A DNA stretch of 64,000 bases from the NCBI GenBank assembly GCA_046563655.1, contig CM102285.1:7068001-7132000 (forward strand). The letters run 5' to 3'. Position 1 is the first letter of the stretch, and each line of letters opens with the position of its first letter. The position numbers were made by a program, and so were the translations under genes. Source of the DNA: Yuukianura sp. NJ FZ-2021 (Eukaryota). Shown here piece after piece: positions 1 to 13,149 of this stretch. The notes under the pieces were generated by a model. The model was not told the DNA's origin. It saw nothing but the letters and a program-made list of their open reading frames with translations, and did no database searches.

Positions 1-685
1 CACTGTTTAAAATAATCTTTCTTAATCTTTCTCCCTTAAAAAACACGCTAAGGTCGGCACTCCTAACCTAACCTAACGCCTGTAATTAATAAGAATCACC
101 TCCACCTTAGCTACTACTAAATTCTACGTCTTACACCTGTCATGTCGTGTCGAGGGTGAGATGTGGTAAATGGTAGTATTGCGGCTTTGTTTGAAACGTT
201 ACGTTAGTTGGTTAGTTTCCTTTCGTTGGTTATAATCAGTGTTACGTTGGGTCTTCTCGGGTGAGAACTCTTTATCACTAAAATGAACGCTTCTTGTCTT
301 CTCTGGTCTCAGTCAGTTTTGTTTGTTTACATTTGAGGGTTTGTGCCTTGAAGTTGAAGTTAACAACCCTCATTGTACCCTCGTAATATAGATAATAAAG
401 GTTGCTAGATATTCACTTTTTCGACATTTCGTCCACGGCTGCATATCCAGTGGAAGAATTGGATGGATTCAAAGGGGCGGAGCTTTGCCCGCGTGGTCTA
501 AATTAATTAAATACAAAAAGGTTAAACAATTCAAAATAGCGTATAAAAAAATTTCGTTTTTGTATGAGTTTTAAATAGATTATTCATTTTAACGATCAAA
601 CCAACACTTTTTTTTAACATGGTTTATCTCCGGCAAACTTGCATCGTGATTCGTGAGTTTGCCGAAGATGAGCATCTCTATTAAT

Positions 686-1479
686 TTAGTTTTTTACGCT
701 GATTCCGAATCTCAAACGGTTTTGATCGATCTTGTCGCTTTCTAATTTTTTTTGTTGATTCGCAAAAATAAATTTAAATCCGCATTTCAGAATTTTGGAC
801 TTCCCGTACGTTTATGTTGTATAGGTTGCACTAAAACTAAGAATGCAGATTATATTATCAATCAATCATATTCCGAACAAAAAATACTTTTCCCAAAATT
901 CCTTTCGATTCCTCCAAAAATCCATTGTAATTCCACACTATGACCTTTCTTGTATTTGCGTTTCCCGAATTTACTTCTGGCAGTTTCCTGTTCCAGACGC
1001 GCCAATTTTTGAGCCGTACTAACTGCTCAATCCTCCATCACGTGCAAAACCATTACTAACAAAGATGGCTGGCTTAGCTTGCGTTACCATTAGGTTTGTT
1101 AAAGTACGCAATAGTGTAGGTTTTTATTATTAGGTTTGATAAAGCAGGTTAGGCTAGTTAAGGTAGGTTAAACCTGTTTCACAAAACTCCATTTAGACGT
1201 CATCTCAAAGCTCATCCTCCATCCTCTGCCCGATACACGTCACTGTAATTTGGTTTCCGCTTTGGGCGCTAACAACCTAACACTTACGGTCAGCCATATT
1301 GAAATTCCAAACGGCACTGATTGTTCTATATTTTCTATCTCGTAATTGACTCATAGAGAGGGGGACCCTAAAATTCTGAAACGCGGATTATTTTAATTAT
1401 TCAAAAATCAAAATAAAATCGAAAGCGATGAGAGCGGTCAAAACCGATTGCAGATTCCGAATCAGAGTAAAAAACTGAG
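686..1479. repeat. Old non-autonomous element with degenerate ~100-bp inverted ends
   Basis: ~690-795 (tttttacgctgattccgaatc...aatccgcatttcagaatttt) is an imperfect reverse complement of ~1370-1479; no coding capacity; TSD not resolved. Confidence 0.4.
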
Positions 1480-1534
1480 TTAGGTTAGGTTTGAGATATA
1501 ATCATATATAATTTAAATATTTATCTCAATTATA

Positions 1535-2638
1535 CAGGGTGTACCACCAGAAAGGAAACGCCAAGAATTCGTTGCTATGAGCAACTTAACAAAAACTTGT
1601 AAACATGGAGGGGAAAACGTGCTCAATAATAACGAGCTTTAAAAAATTTTTTTTTTAATTTCTGCATATCTCATTTAAACAATATCGACCCAAGTTGTAA
1701 CCGCTTTTTCAAAATGCCTCAGTTTACGGTGACAGAGAAAGCTGCACTGGCTAAAATTTACTACGAACAAGGAAATTACCGAAAGGCACAAGATTTTTAC
1801 GCAGAAATTTATCCGAACAAAAGCATGCCGTCAATTAAAGCGATTCATGGAGCGGTGAAGAAGTTGGAACAAAATGGTAACATGGCAAATCGAAAACAAA
1901 AGAAACTCAAATCTGAGAGAAATGATGTCATGTCGGCTAGTGTTTTAGCATTTGTCACCTCTTATCCGAATTCAACATTAAGGAGACCAGCGTAAATTCT
2001 GAAATATCAGTAAACTCAATTCGTAGAATCTTGAAGAAAGAAAAGTTCCTCCCTACAAAATGAAATTTCTCCACACTTTGAATGATGATGATGCAAAGAA
2101 GAGAATTGAATTTTGTGAAGAAATGTTGGACAAGTGTGACCAAAATCCTGGTATGACCTCCCAAATCATGCGTGAACTTCAAATTTTGTGTAACAAAATT
2201 TTGTAACAAAAAGCAAACCTCTGTTGTTTTGATTTTAAATCAGATACTGGGCCCAAGAAAACCCTCACTGAATGAGTGACATCAAATCACAAAATTCTCC
2301 AAAATTAAACTTTTGCGCTGGTGTGTACGATGATCACATCCGTAGCAGGTGAAATGGCCAAAAAAATTTGGCCAAAAGTGAAATGGCCAGAAGTGAAAAG
2401 GTCAGAATTTGAAAGACCTTAGGATACGTTACCTGAGTTTTTTCTTTTTTGGACTTTTTTGTCTGGCCTTTTCCTTTTTGGTCATTTCACTTTTTGGTCA
2501 AATCACGTCGAACCATCACATCGTGGGACCGTTTTTCTTAGCTTTTTTTGTAATATTTGCTACGGTTTCCCCCTCATATTCGATCAAATCAACAAAGAAA
2601 TTAGTTTTTGAGTGTTTCCTTTCTGGTGGTACACCCTG
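1535..2638 (+). mobile_element. Tc1/mariner-superfamily transposon with decayed transposase
   Basis: 25-bp TIR CAGGGTGTACCACCAGAAAGGAAAC (1535-1559) inverted at 2614-2638, TA on both sides; ORF 1714-1995 looks like an HTH N-terminus and continues in broken frames (...RYWAQENP...). Confidence 0.8.
2341..2514 (+). mobile_element. Short element with CGTAGCAGG...GAACC ends nested in the Tc1/mariner element
   Basis: 8-bp TSD ATCACATC at 2333-2340 and 2515-2522; internal imperfect inverted repeats (gtgaaatggcc.../...ggtcatttcac). Confidence 0.75.
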
Positions 2639-3193
2639 TACAAGCTTCGCGAGTTCGTCGAAGAAGTTCTTAAAATTTGAATTTTTTTTAATTTTACGCC
2701 GAATCCTTAATTTCTTCCAGCCACTTAAAGTTTCGTCCATTTCGGTTACCTTCCTCGCAGTGGAAGTGGCAATTAAGCCACTGTACGTTTTAGCGTCCAG
2801 CAACACTGTAAGTACTGAAACTATGTCCTTTGTATGCAATAGTAGTTTGAAAGGCGTAATTTAATAAAAATAGTTTGAATAATAGTTTGACATGTTAACC
2901 TAAGAAAAATTGACGGTTACCAGAGCGTGGCTACGGATTGTAGCTGTAGGATGTGTGGCTACAACTAGGAGCGTTATGCCTTATTAAAACCGATATTTGG
3001 GAGTTTTTACACTTTCGAGAAATGGAATTAAGGACAATTTACACGAATTGTAACCACATGAGGTATTGTATGCGCTCCTCACATGAGGAAGACTAAAGAA
3101 AGCCAAAATCATGTTGCAAAAAGGACAATGCATAAATAAGCTTCCGGGAGATTCGGTGGAAGTTTTACTAGATGCCTATTTCAATTCAACCTA

Positions 3194-4089
3194 CCGTATT
3201 TTCCCTAATAGTACACCATACTTTAATAGTACACCGGGTCCCTAATAGTACACCGGGGTCGGGGCCCCAAAAATTAATTAGTACACCGTCCCAAATAGTA
3301 CACCGGGTCTCCAATAGTACACCGGGTATTTGGTCTTTGGTAATACACCCAAGGAGTATGCCCAGTGTTGCTGTATGCTTAAACATCCAGTGGCTTAATC
3401 CATCCGGATATCCAGTAGAATAAATGGGGTTGTAGTGGACGGTGAATGCAACAAATTGAAAATTCAGCGGAGTTTGAATAAATTTAAGTTAACTATTATA
3501 AAATAATTTATTTGCATTTTAAGCCGTCTCTTGATATGCGTACCCATTGACGAAATATCGAAAAAGGGGATTTCCAGCAACTCTGAGTATATGCCTACTG
3601 GAAAAGTTTAGCTATTAATGAAATTAGTGTTGGTGGATGGATAAAATACTTCTTCCACTTCCCTCGAAAGTGGTGGATATATCCGGATTTTCTTGGTTTC
3701 TTCCGGATGAAACTCAACTTCGTCCATCTGAAACTGGATTTCATCCGGATTTATCCATTTCTCCAGTGGGTATATCCTGGACGAAATGCTCAAAAAGTTA
3801 ATATCCACCAACAAAATACAACAAAAAAAAAAACTTAATGTTCTTTCTATTTTGTTCCTACACAAGTAATTCTACAAAATACACATCATTTAGTGGCTTC
3901 TTTAAAATTTTTGCAAGCAAAATTCGAATATTTCTTGCGTACTTTCAATGTTAGTAAAAAATAAAATGCTTTTTGGAAAAAAGAATTAATACACCGTCCC
4001 CAATAGTACACCAGGTCCCTAATAGTACACCACCCCCAGAAGTCGAAAACAAAATTAGTACACCGGGTGTATTATTTGGGAAAATACGG
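3194..4089. mobile_element. MITE with TA target duplication (Tc1/pogo-like), containing a nested palindromic repeat
   Basis: TIR CCGTATTTTCCC...GGGAAAATACGG flanked by TA; tandem AATAGTACACC units at both ends; GGATATCC/CCAGTGG-rich insert ~3360-3815. Confidence 0.7.
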
Positions 4090-4552
4090 TATGCGATTTA
4101 CTTAAAAACGATGTGACATGACGTGTGAGGGTTCGTTTTTACTAGTAACGTAATAACGCCCGTCACATTGAGTGCAGGTTATCCTAATTCCGTCTTCGGA
4201 GTGTTGTTTAGTATTCAAATCAGCTGTTCCTCTTTCATTTGATAAACGCATTAAAATAAATTCTGAGTTGACAGTAATTCACAGTCTTGGAGTGACTAAT
4301 CGATGTGTAATTAACTACGTTGTTTTACACAAGTATCACCTACTACCAGAGAAACTTGGCAAGAGAAATTTGACAATAAGCTCGAAAAATTCTTTCGAAA
4401 GTGGAATTGCTGCTGTGATTGGGCCGCCCTTCCCTTGAGTTCGCTTCGAACGGCCTGTCGGATATCGGTGTTTCGTTTGCGCCGCCGCCGTCATAACTGT
4501 AATCGCTGCGTGTACGAAATTGATTTCGGATGAGTTAAACTTCCAAAACAGA

Positions 4553-5042
4553 ATGGCTGAATATTTTTCCCGCTTGTTCACGTCTTGCTGTGGTCTCTCA
4601 GATGACTCACCTACACCGCAGCGAAAGACCTACCAAAGTCATTCGAGTACTAGAGTCATTGATGCGGTAAGAATGCAAACCCGAAAGGATTTATAATGTA
4701 TTATTGAGATTAATTTTACATCGCTGAATACTAGAACGTCGCACGTCAAAATGCAGCTGCCGCAGCGGAGGCTCGCATGAAGTCGGAGGATGCTCGGGGT
4801 GTTAAGGATTCCGCTGAATTCCGTCGCATGCAGGAACGACAGCGTAAGATTGAAAAAGCCAACGAGGAGTATGAACGGAAGGGAGGGGACGCAGTACTCG
4901 GTGCTGGCCTTAAGGTGCGTCCAATTTTCATGTCCATTCCATTCCATCTCAGATTCTTAAACTACCCACATATGCCTCTCACAACTTAAGTTGTAAATTC
5001 TGAAAAATGTATTTGTTTGTTTTATAGTGGCAAATGAACTGA
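4553..5042 (+). CDS. SVIP: Small VCP/p97-interacting protein homologue, 3 exons (4553-4666, 4735-4914, 5028-5042), ~102 aa
   Basis: Phase-0 GT-AG introns join MAEYFSRLFTSCC..., ...RQNAAAAAEARMKSEDARGVKD...RQRKIEK... and GLKWQMN*; matches the SVIP pattern R-x5-AA-x2-R (VIM), RG[IV]xD and C-terminal GL[RK]W. Confidence 0.8.
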
Positions 5043-5181
5043 CTTTGTTGAGTCGTGCTGGTCATTCGTTGCAACACGGAAAAGTTCGCCGTACTTCTTC
5101 TTCCACACAAAAATTATAACTTTATAAGATCGTTTCACTCGGATAATGGAACTGAAAAGAAGCTTCGACTAGACAACACAG

Positions 5182-5349
5182 CGTAGCAGGTAATTTGGTC
5201 GGAAGTGAAATGATCGGAATGGCAGAGGTCGGCAGGTATATATGGGATTTAGGTTAGGTTTGGTTAATCCTTCTAATGCAAGGGGTAGGTTAGGTTTGCC
5301 GACCTCTGCGTTTTCGACGAATCCAATTCCGACCAAATTACCTGGAACC
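5182..5349 (+). mobile_element. Short element with CGTAGCAGG...GGAACC ends
   Basis: 8-bp TSD CAACACAG (5174-5181, 5350-5357); subterminal IR caggtaatttggtcggaa / ttccgaccaaattacctg. Confidence 0.8.
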
Positions 5350-5599
5350 CAACACAGTACAGTATCTCCAAGCGCTAGTATTGTTTCACGAGGTAAAGTA
5401 TCCTGTGCTATGGTTGGGTATTATTTGTATTGAAATCTTGAGCTCGCTTTGTTAAATTATCACTGACGACTGGGCCGAACTAACGTATTGCTTGATTGAA
5501 TCTAGACATTATAATTCAACGAATTATACCGACAAAAAAAGTTAGTTTTTAACGAAAGTATTTTTAAACACACTTTAAATATTTGAACGTTTGCTACAC

Positions 5600-7117
5600 C
5601 TATTTTAACAAATTAAAAAAGTCATCTGCATCTGTACTGTCGGAGCAAGAACTCCTGCCAGTTTTGACATTGCTGTTTCCTTCATTTGGTTGCATCATTG
5701 GATCCACAGTTAACGTAAACGGCGGTGAGGAGTTCGTTCTCAGGAAAAAGTTGCCCCGAATTCTGTAAGATAAAATTGAGATCGCTAAAGTAATTATAAT
5801 TGCTGGTTTTGTCTTTTACTTGAGATCTGTGTTTTCTCCAAGCAGAGCAAATGTCCCTGTGCAGTTACATTGCTCCAAATAATTCTTCCAGCTTCCGCAC
5901 TCTTGGCCCCACAATTCCACTCCACGAATTGATTCAGCAAACAGTTCCACTGCTCGAATATGACTGCAACCACCAAGAAATGGATCCACGACATTTTCAA
6001 AAGCACATCCCGGCTGCATTTCACCTCCGTTTGGATAAAAATCTGCGTGTGCAATGGACTTCCAAAGCCCGCTTTTCCAAATGCTAGTGTGGATTACGTC
6101 GACAAAGTCAGCGTCGGAGGAGTCTAAACGATTCTTCGGATCTGGTCCAGTAAATGCCGGACCTTAAAATTTACGTAATGACATTCTTTATTCCGTAAAA
6201 GTCAAATCAAAGTTTAACTTACCCGCCGGATCCAATCCTGAAAACATTCGGCATTAGTTTGGAAATTAAAGTTCACTTTTTTTGATAAATAGGGAATGGA
6301 ACCTGTAATTCTTCCGATTTTTCCATTGCGAGTGTGTTGAATGAACTTCCCAGCGTATCCAGCGACTTGAGCTCCAAGGCTGAACCCAACTACATGAACT
6401 TTCCTGAACGAGGAAATGAAATGTGTGTCCCGAAGAAATCCGATGAATTCTCCCACCCGCTCGCCGACCATTCGGGTTTTAAATGCAGCGTTCAAGTATA
6501 TGTTCTCATTCGCCTGTCGCCTCCAGTCAACACAGACAACGTTAGCATCGCGATCAGTCTCGAGGTATGCTAGGGAAAACAGTTCTAATTACTAATTGAA
6601 TGTGGATCGATGACAATTGACCTTGAACTGCCATACCGTCCTTTACGATGTGAGGGAAATCCGACCATCCATTTCTCTTGTAGCCATGGATTAGGACCTT
6701 GAGAGGACTGGAGCGGTTGAAGCGACTAATTCGGAGCGTTTGTGGATTGTCTACGACAATTTCCTCTGAGCCATTTCTTCGTGTCAACAATAAGCAATAT
6801 TGCTAATTTTTGAATTAATTTTTAGTTTACTCGCTTTTAGCGCAGTGAATTACCTGTGATTTGTGAATAGGTAAAATCGAATGGAAGTCTTTGAATAATC
6901 CATGAAAAATGAAAATACTCGGCCCAACCTCTCTGGATTGCTTTTTCCGCCTAAAGGAAAGTCCTTAATATCAATTTCAATTTTGAGGAGTAAGCTGGTA
7001 TGATACTGTCTAATTTCTGGTTTGGGCAGTTATACTTATCACGGAATTATTCAAACGTGCTTGAAGAACCGGGATGAATAAAGCCGCAGCCGCTAAGGGA
7101 AGCCACGGTACCTGCAT
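5600..7117 (-). CDS. Pancreatic lipase-related secreted lipase/phospholipase A1 (multi-exon)
   Basis: Signal-like MQVPWLPLAAAALFIPVLQA at 7117; VLIHGY; nucleophile elbow VHVVGFSLGAQVAG; GRITGLDPAG across an intron; DADFVDVIHT; GHCTRRFLS/CSHIRAVELFAES; TAG at 5602-5600; 5' exon boundaries approximate. Confidence 0.85.
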
Positions 7118-8070
7118 CCTCTTATATCAAACGACGCGCGTCGATCGCGAAGACAGTATAAAATATACTGATGGCGCTGCACTTTCTTGTGCATAAAAAG
7201 TCTGTCTCTCTCTATCTCGGAAGGTTTAGCTTATCGTTCGTATTCAGGTTCTGAAATTCAGGCAAATTCAATTTTTCGTATATAATTATGGAAAGGGAAA
7301 GCTATTTAAATGTTATTAGTAATCATTAATGCAACAAATGCTGAACGGCTTTCCAGATTCGTAACAAAGGATGTTGCATTTCTGGTCGAAAGCAAATGCT
7401 TTCGATTAATATTAATCGACTTCACGTGAACACAACTTTGTTTGTGAAATGGTCCACTATAACAAAATTCCGCCCGAATTTCAAAAATTAAAATTACTTA
7501 ATGAGATTGACAACCCTGAAATCGCATTATAAACGTTTCGCTTCCTGTTACTATTTACAGTCGCCCATGAAACCCATCACAACAGCACAATTGAGGCGTC
7601 ATCCGGCAGTATACTTTAGACGTGACATTCCCGCACAACATTTGGCGTTCAGTTTCTATTAAGTTCCCCTAAATGCATTTTTTTTCCAATTTCCTAATAA
7701 TACAGCAATTTTCTCCAGAAATTTCTAAAGTAAATGAAATGTTTTCACAATACTTTCTAAACTAGTGGTTCGGGTGTTGGAGTACACAATGCAGATACAT
7801 TTGCCATGAAAGTGCCATTTTCCCATAAGACTCGATCAAAGTCAAACGCATTATGTTATGCACCACAGAAATACAGTTTTCTAATTTGGCAAGTTAGACC
7901 TGGAACCCTCTCTGGAAAAGGGCTTTCCAACTTTCAAAGCCAAACTACTTAACTATAAACCGTTGATAGATTACACGAGCGAAGCAACCTATCAAGCATG
8001 TCACCAGCAGGAAATGATATTTAAATAATAAGCTAAGTTGCTGTTAGCTCTTGGGTACAGTAAATTAGCT

Positions 8071-10452
8071 TTACATTATTCGCTTGAGGTATATCAATTT
8101 GCTCTTCTTTTCAGAAAATTTTGTTCGAATGCCACTCTTCAAGGCTACGTTTACGTTACTTCTGCTGAAAATATATTCCATGGTGAAGACGAGTGCTGCC
8201 AATAGCAAGCCACAACAGAGTACGAAGTAAGCTGCTTGTACTTCGTTCAATCCCAGCTTCCGCAAGGTTGGTTGTGTAGACAGGATGTACTTGTCTGCGT
8301 TCACACAATGCAGTTTTTTGGGCCAATGCAAATCCCTCCATTTTTCCATAAGTCCAGTAGAAATTGAAGTTGAAATTCTGTCAGAAGAGTAGCAAATTAA
8401 TTTGACAAACCACCGCTAAATTAAAGAACAAAAAGTTTTTATTCTTTATTTTTATTAAAAACCTACTCATAATCCAATAATCCTAGAAACGGACTTCCTT
8501 TTTGAACTATGAGTCCAGCTCCAACGGCGAAGAATTCTTCCTTGGCTAATGTGAGGCGACATTTCTTGTACCTATTAAAATCGTAGTCCAAAGCGACATC
8601 CATAAACGATCTCTCCTAGAAATTGAATAAAGTGCTTAAAATTAATTCAAAATTGGACTTTCTTTACAAGATGTAAAACTTGAAGTATTTACTTTCAGAA
8701 ATGCCCAATTTCCAGTGAGTACTTTCTCCATCTAAGCGTGAGTAAAACCATAAAATTCAAAGGATTATCTTTATTAAATTTTAGTAATATGTTGATATTC
8801 AATTAAATTACTCCGGCAAAGTCCGTTTTCACCAAGTCCTCGTCTCTGACGCCTTCGCCAATACGTTTAAAGATACCCGTACTCGTCTCGGACTGTAGAA
8901 ATGAAAGTCGTGATGTCTAGGGAAAAATATTCATCATAAATTAGAGCAAATAGATTCCCTACCTTAAACAATGGATAGTGTGCCGTTCCTATCCGAAATG
9001 TCCACTGAAGTTCTCGCTGGTTACACAGTTCTTCCAAAGTATTTATTGAATCTTGGAGTTCAGGTACAGATAAAAGTGACACTAGGAATGCAACGTATGT
9101 ATTGGCCATGACAAATGCCATCATCCACCAAATAGACAGCAGCACTCGAGTCGTCCCGGCAAGCGGAGAGGTAACGCCTGCGTGCATAATTTGGCATAAG
9201 AGTTTCTTATGTTTTATTCCCATTTTTTCCAATTCCTTCTACATTATTTTGGGATTACTTTGTTGGGTGAGTGAACCAGTAATGTAGAGAGCCAGCTTAG
9301 TCATGACATGTGCGAAAGTCGATCTTTTCGTAATTTTGTTCCAGCGAATCATAAGTGTCCAAACGTGAATTGCATAAAATGTTGGAATGATGACAAGGAC
9401 GGAAACTCCAAGGCCCAACCACACCTTAACTCATAAAAAACTTTTAGGCTAATAGTACATTAGTTCGATCGCTTGAGAAAAAAATCCATTTACTTCTGGA
9501 CTAAGTGGCTTAATTAGTTGTTTAAGTTTGCTTCCTTCAGTCGGAGCTGGAATCAAGATTGCTGTAGGATCCTGTGCTATGGCTACTGTGAACTGTACAG
9601 CTTGAGCTCGATCCAGCGTAATTGAAAAACTACCTGCGCCTATTTCTGCTTCCTGGAATGTTAAATTTGCCTCTTGAATCCCAATTCATTCTTTTAGTTA
9701 GATTTGCTTCTAAAAGTTTGAATTAAAAGTTCGAATTTGAACTCATACTTTCCTGAGGACAATTCCGACCATCCCATCCCACTTTTTATTTTTCCCCATA
9801 GCTCCAAAATTTCCGTCGGGAGTTGTGAAAATTCGCATACTATAATAAGTGTTTGGCAATATCACTAATTAAGAACATCTCACAGGATCGTTGCAAGCAT
9901 GCACAATGTCGTATTTTACATTTACCTGAAATTGTATTTTATTTCCATCGTAGTTAGAAATTCAAAAATGATGCCTCGATACGATTTGACCCCATGTTGT
10001 CCTTCGATGACCTGAGAGAAAGGGGATCGCTGAATACGTAACAAACAAAGCAAGTTATAAGAAACACAAATAAGGCAAGGAAAAAGCCCATTCATCAGGT
10101 TAGTCTATCCACTTACTTGAATAGTCACCGTGTCGATACTCCGTGTCTTTAGGTACAGAGCTCCCTTCTTGACATTTCTTCGTGTCCCCACCGAAACGGC
10201 TTGACAGACTGTGAAGTCGTTGCCCGTCACTGTAGAAAGCACGCTTTCCTTGTTAACAGTGGGTTGAAGACAGCCAATGCAATGTTGATGGTAGAACGAT
10301 GCGGACGACAGAGGACATGCAACAAAATCCGATTCGGCAGAAACCCGTGATATGGCGCTAACCAAAGACATTACGACGCTGATCTTCCTCCACAACTGAA
10401 AGTTTTTTGTTGCTCTTCTAATAGAAATACACCGAGAAGGTGCCAAAGACAT
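8071..10452 (-). CDS. Ionotropic receptor (variant iGluR family), multi-exon
   Basis: Exons give S1 motifs (PDGNFG..WDGMVG, AEIGAGSFSITLDRAQAVQFT), M1 (KPLSPEVWLGLG), pore (GSLTQQ), M3 (WWMMAFVMANTYVAFLVSLLSVP), S2 and M4 (LGLNEVQAAYFVL); stop at 8071; start codon uncertain. Confidence 0.85.
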
Positions 10453-10532
10453 TGTGCACGACACGCTTCAAATTACGTTCTGAACGCCATATTTGTGACC
10501 AGCATGCAAGGAAGTTCTATGTTCTATGTGTT

Positions 10533-11305
10533 ATTAAGTAGCGAAGCTACTTTATACATCGACCTTGTCTGTCTGGCCGGCCGTCCGTCCGTCCGTCTCC
10601 GGCAATTAATTCGGAAACGGTTCAACATTTCCGGAATCTGTCTTCACCGGTTGACACCTAGTGACCCGGTGATGTTCACTATTGAATATGATCCCGGTGG
10701 GTCAACTCCTTCCAGGTCAAAGGTCAACGTAAACCGGTTTCATCTCCGGTAACGTAAAAAATGACTGCTATAAAAGATGTTCATCTCGTCGAGATCAATA
10801 ACTTTTGTCTATTAAGTAGCGAAGCTACTTATTGGTATGCCCTTGTCTGTCTGTCTGTCTCGCCGTCTCCGGCAATTATTTCGGAAACCGTTCAACAATT
10901 TCGGGATCTCTTTTCACCGGTGGATACCGAGTGACCAGATGATGTTCACTATTGAATATCACCCTGGTGGATCAACTCCCTCCGTGTCAAAGGCCAAGGT
11001 AAACCAGTTTAATCCCCGGTATCATGGAAAATGAACTCTGCAAAGGTTGTTCGTCTCACCGAGACCAGCTGCTTTTGTGCAAATCACATGGCCCCAAGTG
11101 ACCTGCATCTGGGTCAAAGGTCAACTTTTTCTAATTTTAACGTCGTATTACCAAGAAGTGGAGAACCTACCTCACTTTATCGGCCGGAACCCATCTTTAC
11201 CACCCCCGGGGGAACCCAACTCTACTCCCCCGGAGGGAATCCACCCCCATTACCCCCAGAACGGGAGCTATCTTCGCTACTTAAGTGCACCGGTTTGCAA
11301 CTGTT
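10533..11305 (+). mobile_element. Helentron/DINE-1-like non-autonomous element with two tandem heads
   Basis: Subterminal IR ttaagtagcgaag / cttcgctacttaa, (GTCT/GTCC)n tract, short 3' hairpin; absent from the duplicate copy near 31425. Confidence 0.65.
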
Positions 11306-11965
11306 TATTTTCTTCAAGGATGAGTTTTCTTTCGTATCATTGGAGTAGTTCGTGAAAGAAGTTTTTTTCTATGCACGGAAATTACCCTGACTGCATTCTT
11401 GTCAAAGTATCTTCGATCCGAGTTTCTTCATAGGTATATTTGCCTTTGTTCAGTCTGTTCTTATTTTCGAGATACCGAGTCTATGTTATTTATGCGCGTG
11501 TGAAAAGTTGTAAAGGTTGTTATTTAAATAAGCTACTTTCGTGTAAAGTATGTGGCAAGTGAAGCGAAGCACGCCATTACGCCTTACGCCAAATGAATGT
11601 TGCCCCTGAGCCACTAGACCGTACGAATTACACCCTAAACTTTTAAGTTCTCCTTATGTTTAGACCCTCATCAATTTAAGTCGTCAGAATTTTTGGCCCT
11701 GAAAACCATTGTAAAGAAAGAGAAAAAGTATATATCCAATTCAGCAACCTTTCTTGCTCTAATTTTAATTTCCCGCGTGGTAAAGCCATTAAACTGACTA
11801 TTGTGAGGATGAGTGTGTCAATGTGAAATGTGTATTGGATACCTGATGCCCTTAAGGTTATTGCATTGACTTTCACTGTATTTAATATATGTTCTAAACC
11901 GTTAGCGTTTGAAGCTTGTTGTCAACTTAAAAACCGCGCCACAGACCTTGCTGATGACTTTTGAA

Positions 11966-12150
11966 CAGAGCTGCCAAAAATATTTAGTTCCCATGCGTGT
12001 AATGTTAACAAAATCAATATTTCGGGTCTTTTTGTTGCTAAATATTTAGTTATTTACCCATGCCCGTAATGTTAAGCTCGTAAACATTTCGTATTGTATT
12101 TAGTACTTAAATATTTCGCTGGTTTCTAGTAAATATTTTTGGCAGGTGTG
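11966..12150. mobile_element. hAT-like MITE, same family as 59784-59980
   Basis: CAGAGCTGCCAAAAATATTT...AAATATTTTTGGCAGGTGTG; near-perfect 8-bp TSD CTTTTGAA/CTTATGAA. Confidence 0.65.
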
Positions 12151-12235
12151 CTTATGAATCACTTTATGACAGCGATGAGATGAGGCCGAAAGATTTATGG
12201 CATAAACCGTTTGAAGGCCTTAAATTATTTATCCC

Positions 12236-12284
<49 letters not shown>

Positions 12285-12292
12285 ATTACTTA
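12236..12292. repeat. (ACTT)n microsatellite
   Basis: Directly visible tandem cttacttactta... Confidence 0.95.
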
Positions 12293-12454
12293 GCCCACAC
12301 GGAGGGCCTAAAGTTTTAGAGTCTACTAATTCAAAGGGGGCAATCGCTGAGGGCCAAGTTCATATGGTATGGAACACTATTGAAGATGTCACAGATTTGA
12401 GGGTAACAATATATTGAACAATTTTCAACCTAGATTTCTTTTAAAATGTTAATT

Positions 12455-13104
12455 TTAGTTTTAGCTGGAGACGCATGTCTACGACATGCTGAAGACTGCT
12501 ATTGATACGACTTTAAGTTAAAAAAAAACGGAAGAACAGACAGACGTCTGTCCGTTCGCTTTTTTAGGATCTTTTGCACTGAAACATTAGCCCCCATCTG
12601 TTCGGGTGATCATGTATGGCTGAAATGTTTTCATTATGTCTGCGTTGCACTCAAAATTCAATACTAACAACGTACAAATGGGCGACTGCTTCGCGTTGAT
12701 GATTCTTAACTCCTCAAAATTCTGTGTAAGGTCTGCATTATACTAAAAATATTTTTTAACAGCGAAGCTTTGATCTGAACATTTTCTGACAGTAAGTTTA
12801 TTTACGTTGTTAATTTGAGATTGATGGAATGCCTCAGAATCAAGCTTAAATTCGTAACACGTAACCAGTGACTGGGAGGGTTCAAATTTGCATTCACAAG
12901 AAATGTTTGTTTTTGATTTTAAGGAAGCGATATTCGACGCCTACCCCACAACTACCATGGAGACAAATTTTGAATTGTGCATTTACATGAACCGATTTTG
13001 ATTATAAAGAAACGATGATTGACCCCTCTCCTCAACGTTTAATTTTGTGCATGATGCACGCAATTGAAGGTTTGCGCAGGTTTGAGAACAATAATTGTTC
13101 TCAA

Positions 13105-13149
<45 letters not shown>

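Noticed and set aside
63..77. TTAGG/CCTAA runs as a telomere (also ~1478, 5250, 23325)
   Set aside because: Only two to three units, internal, and mostly associated with short transposons.
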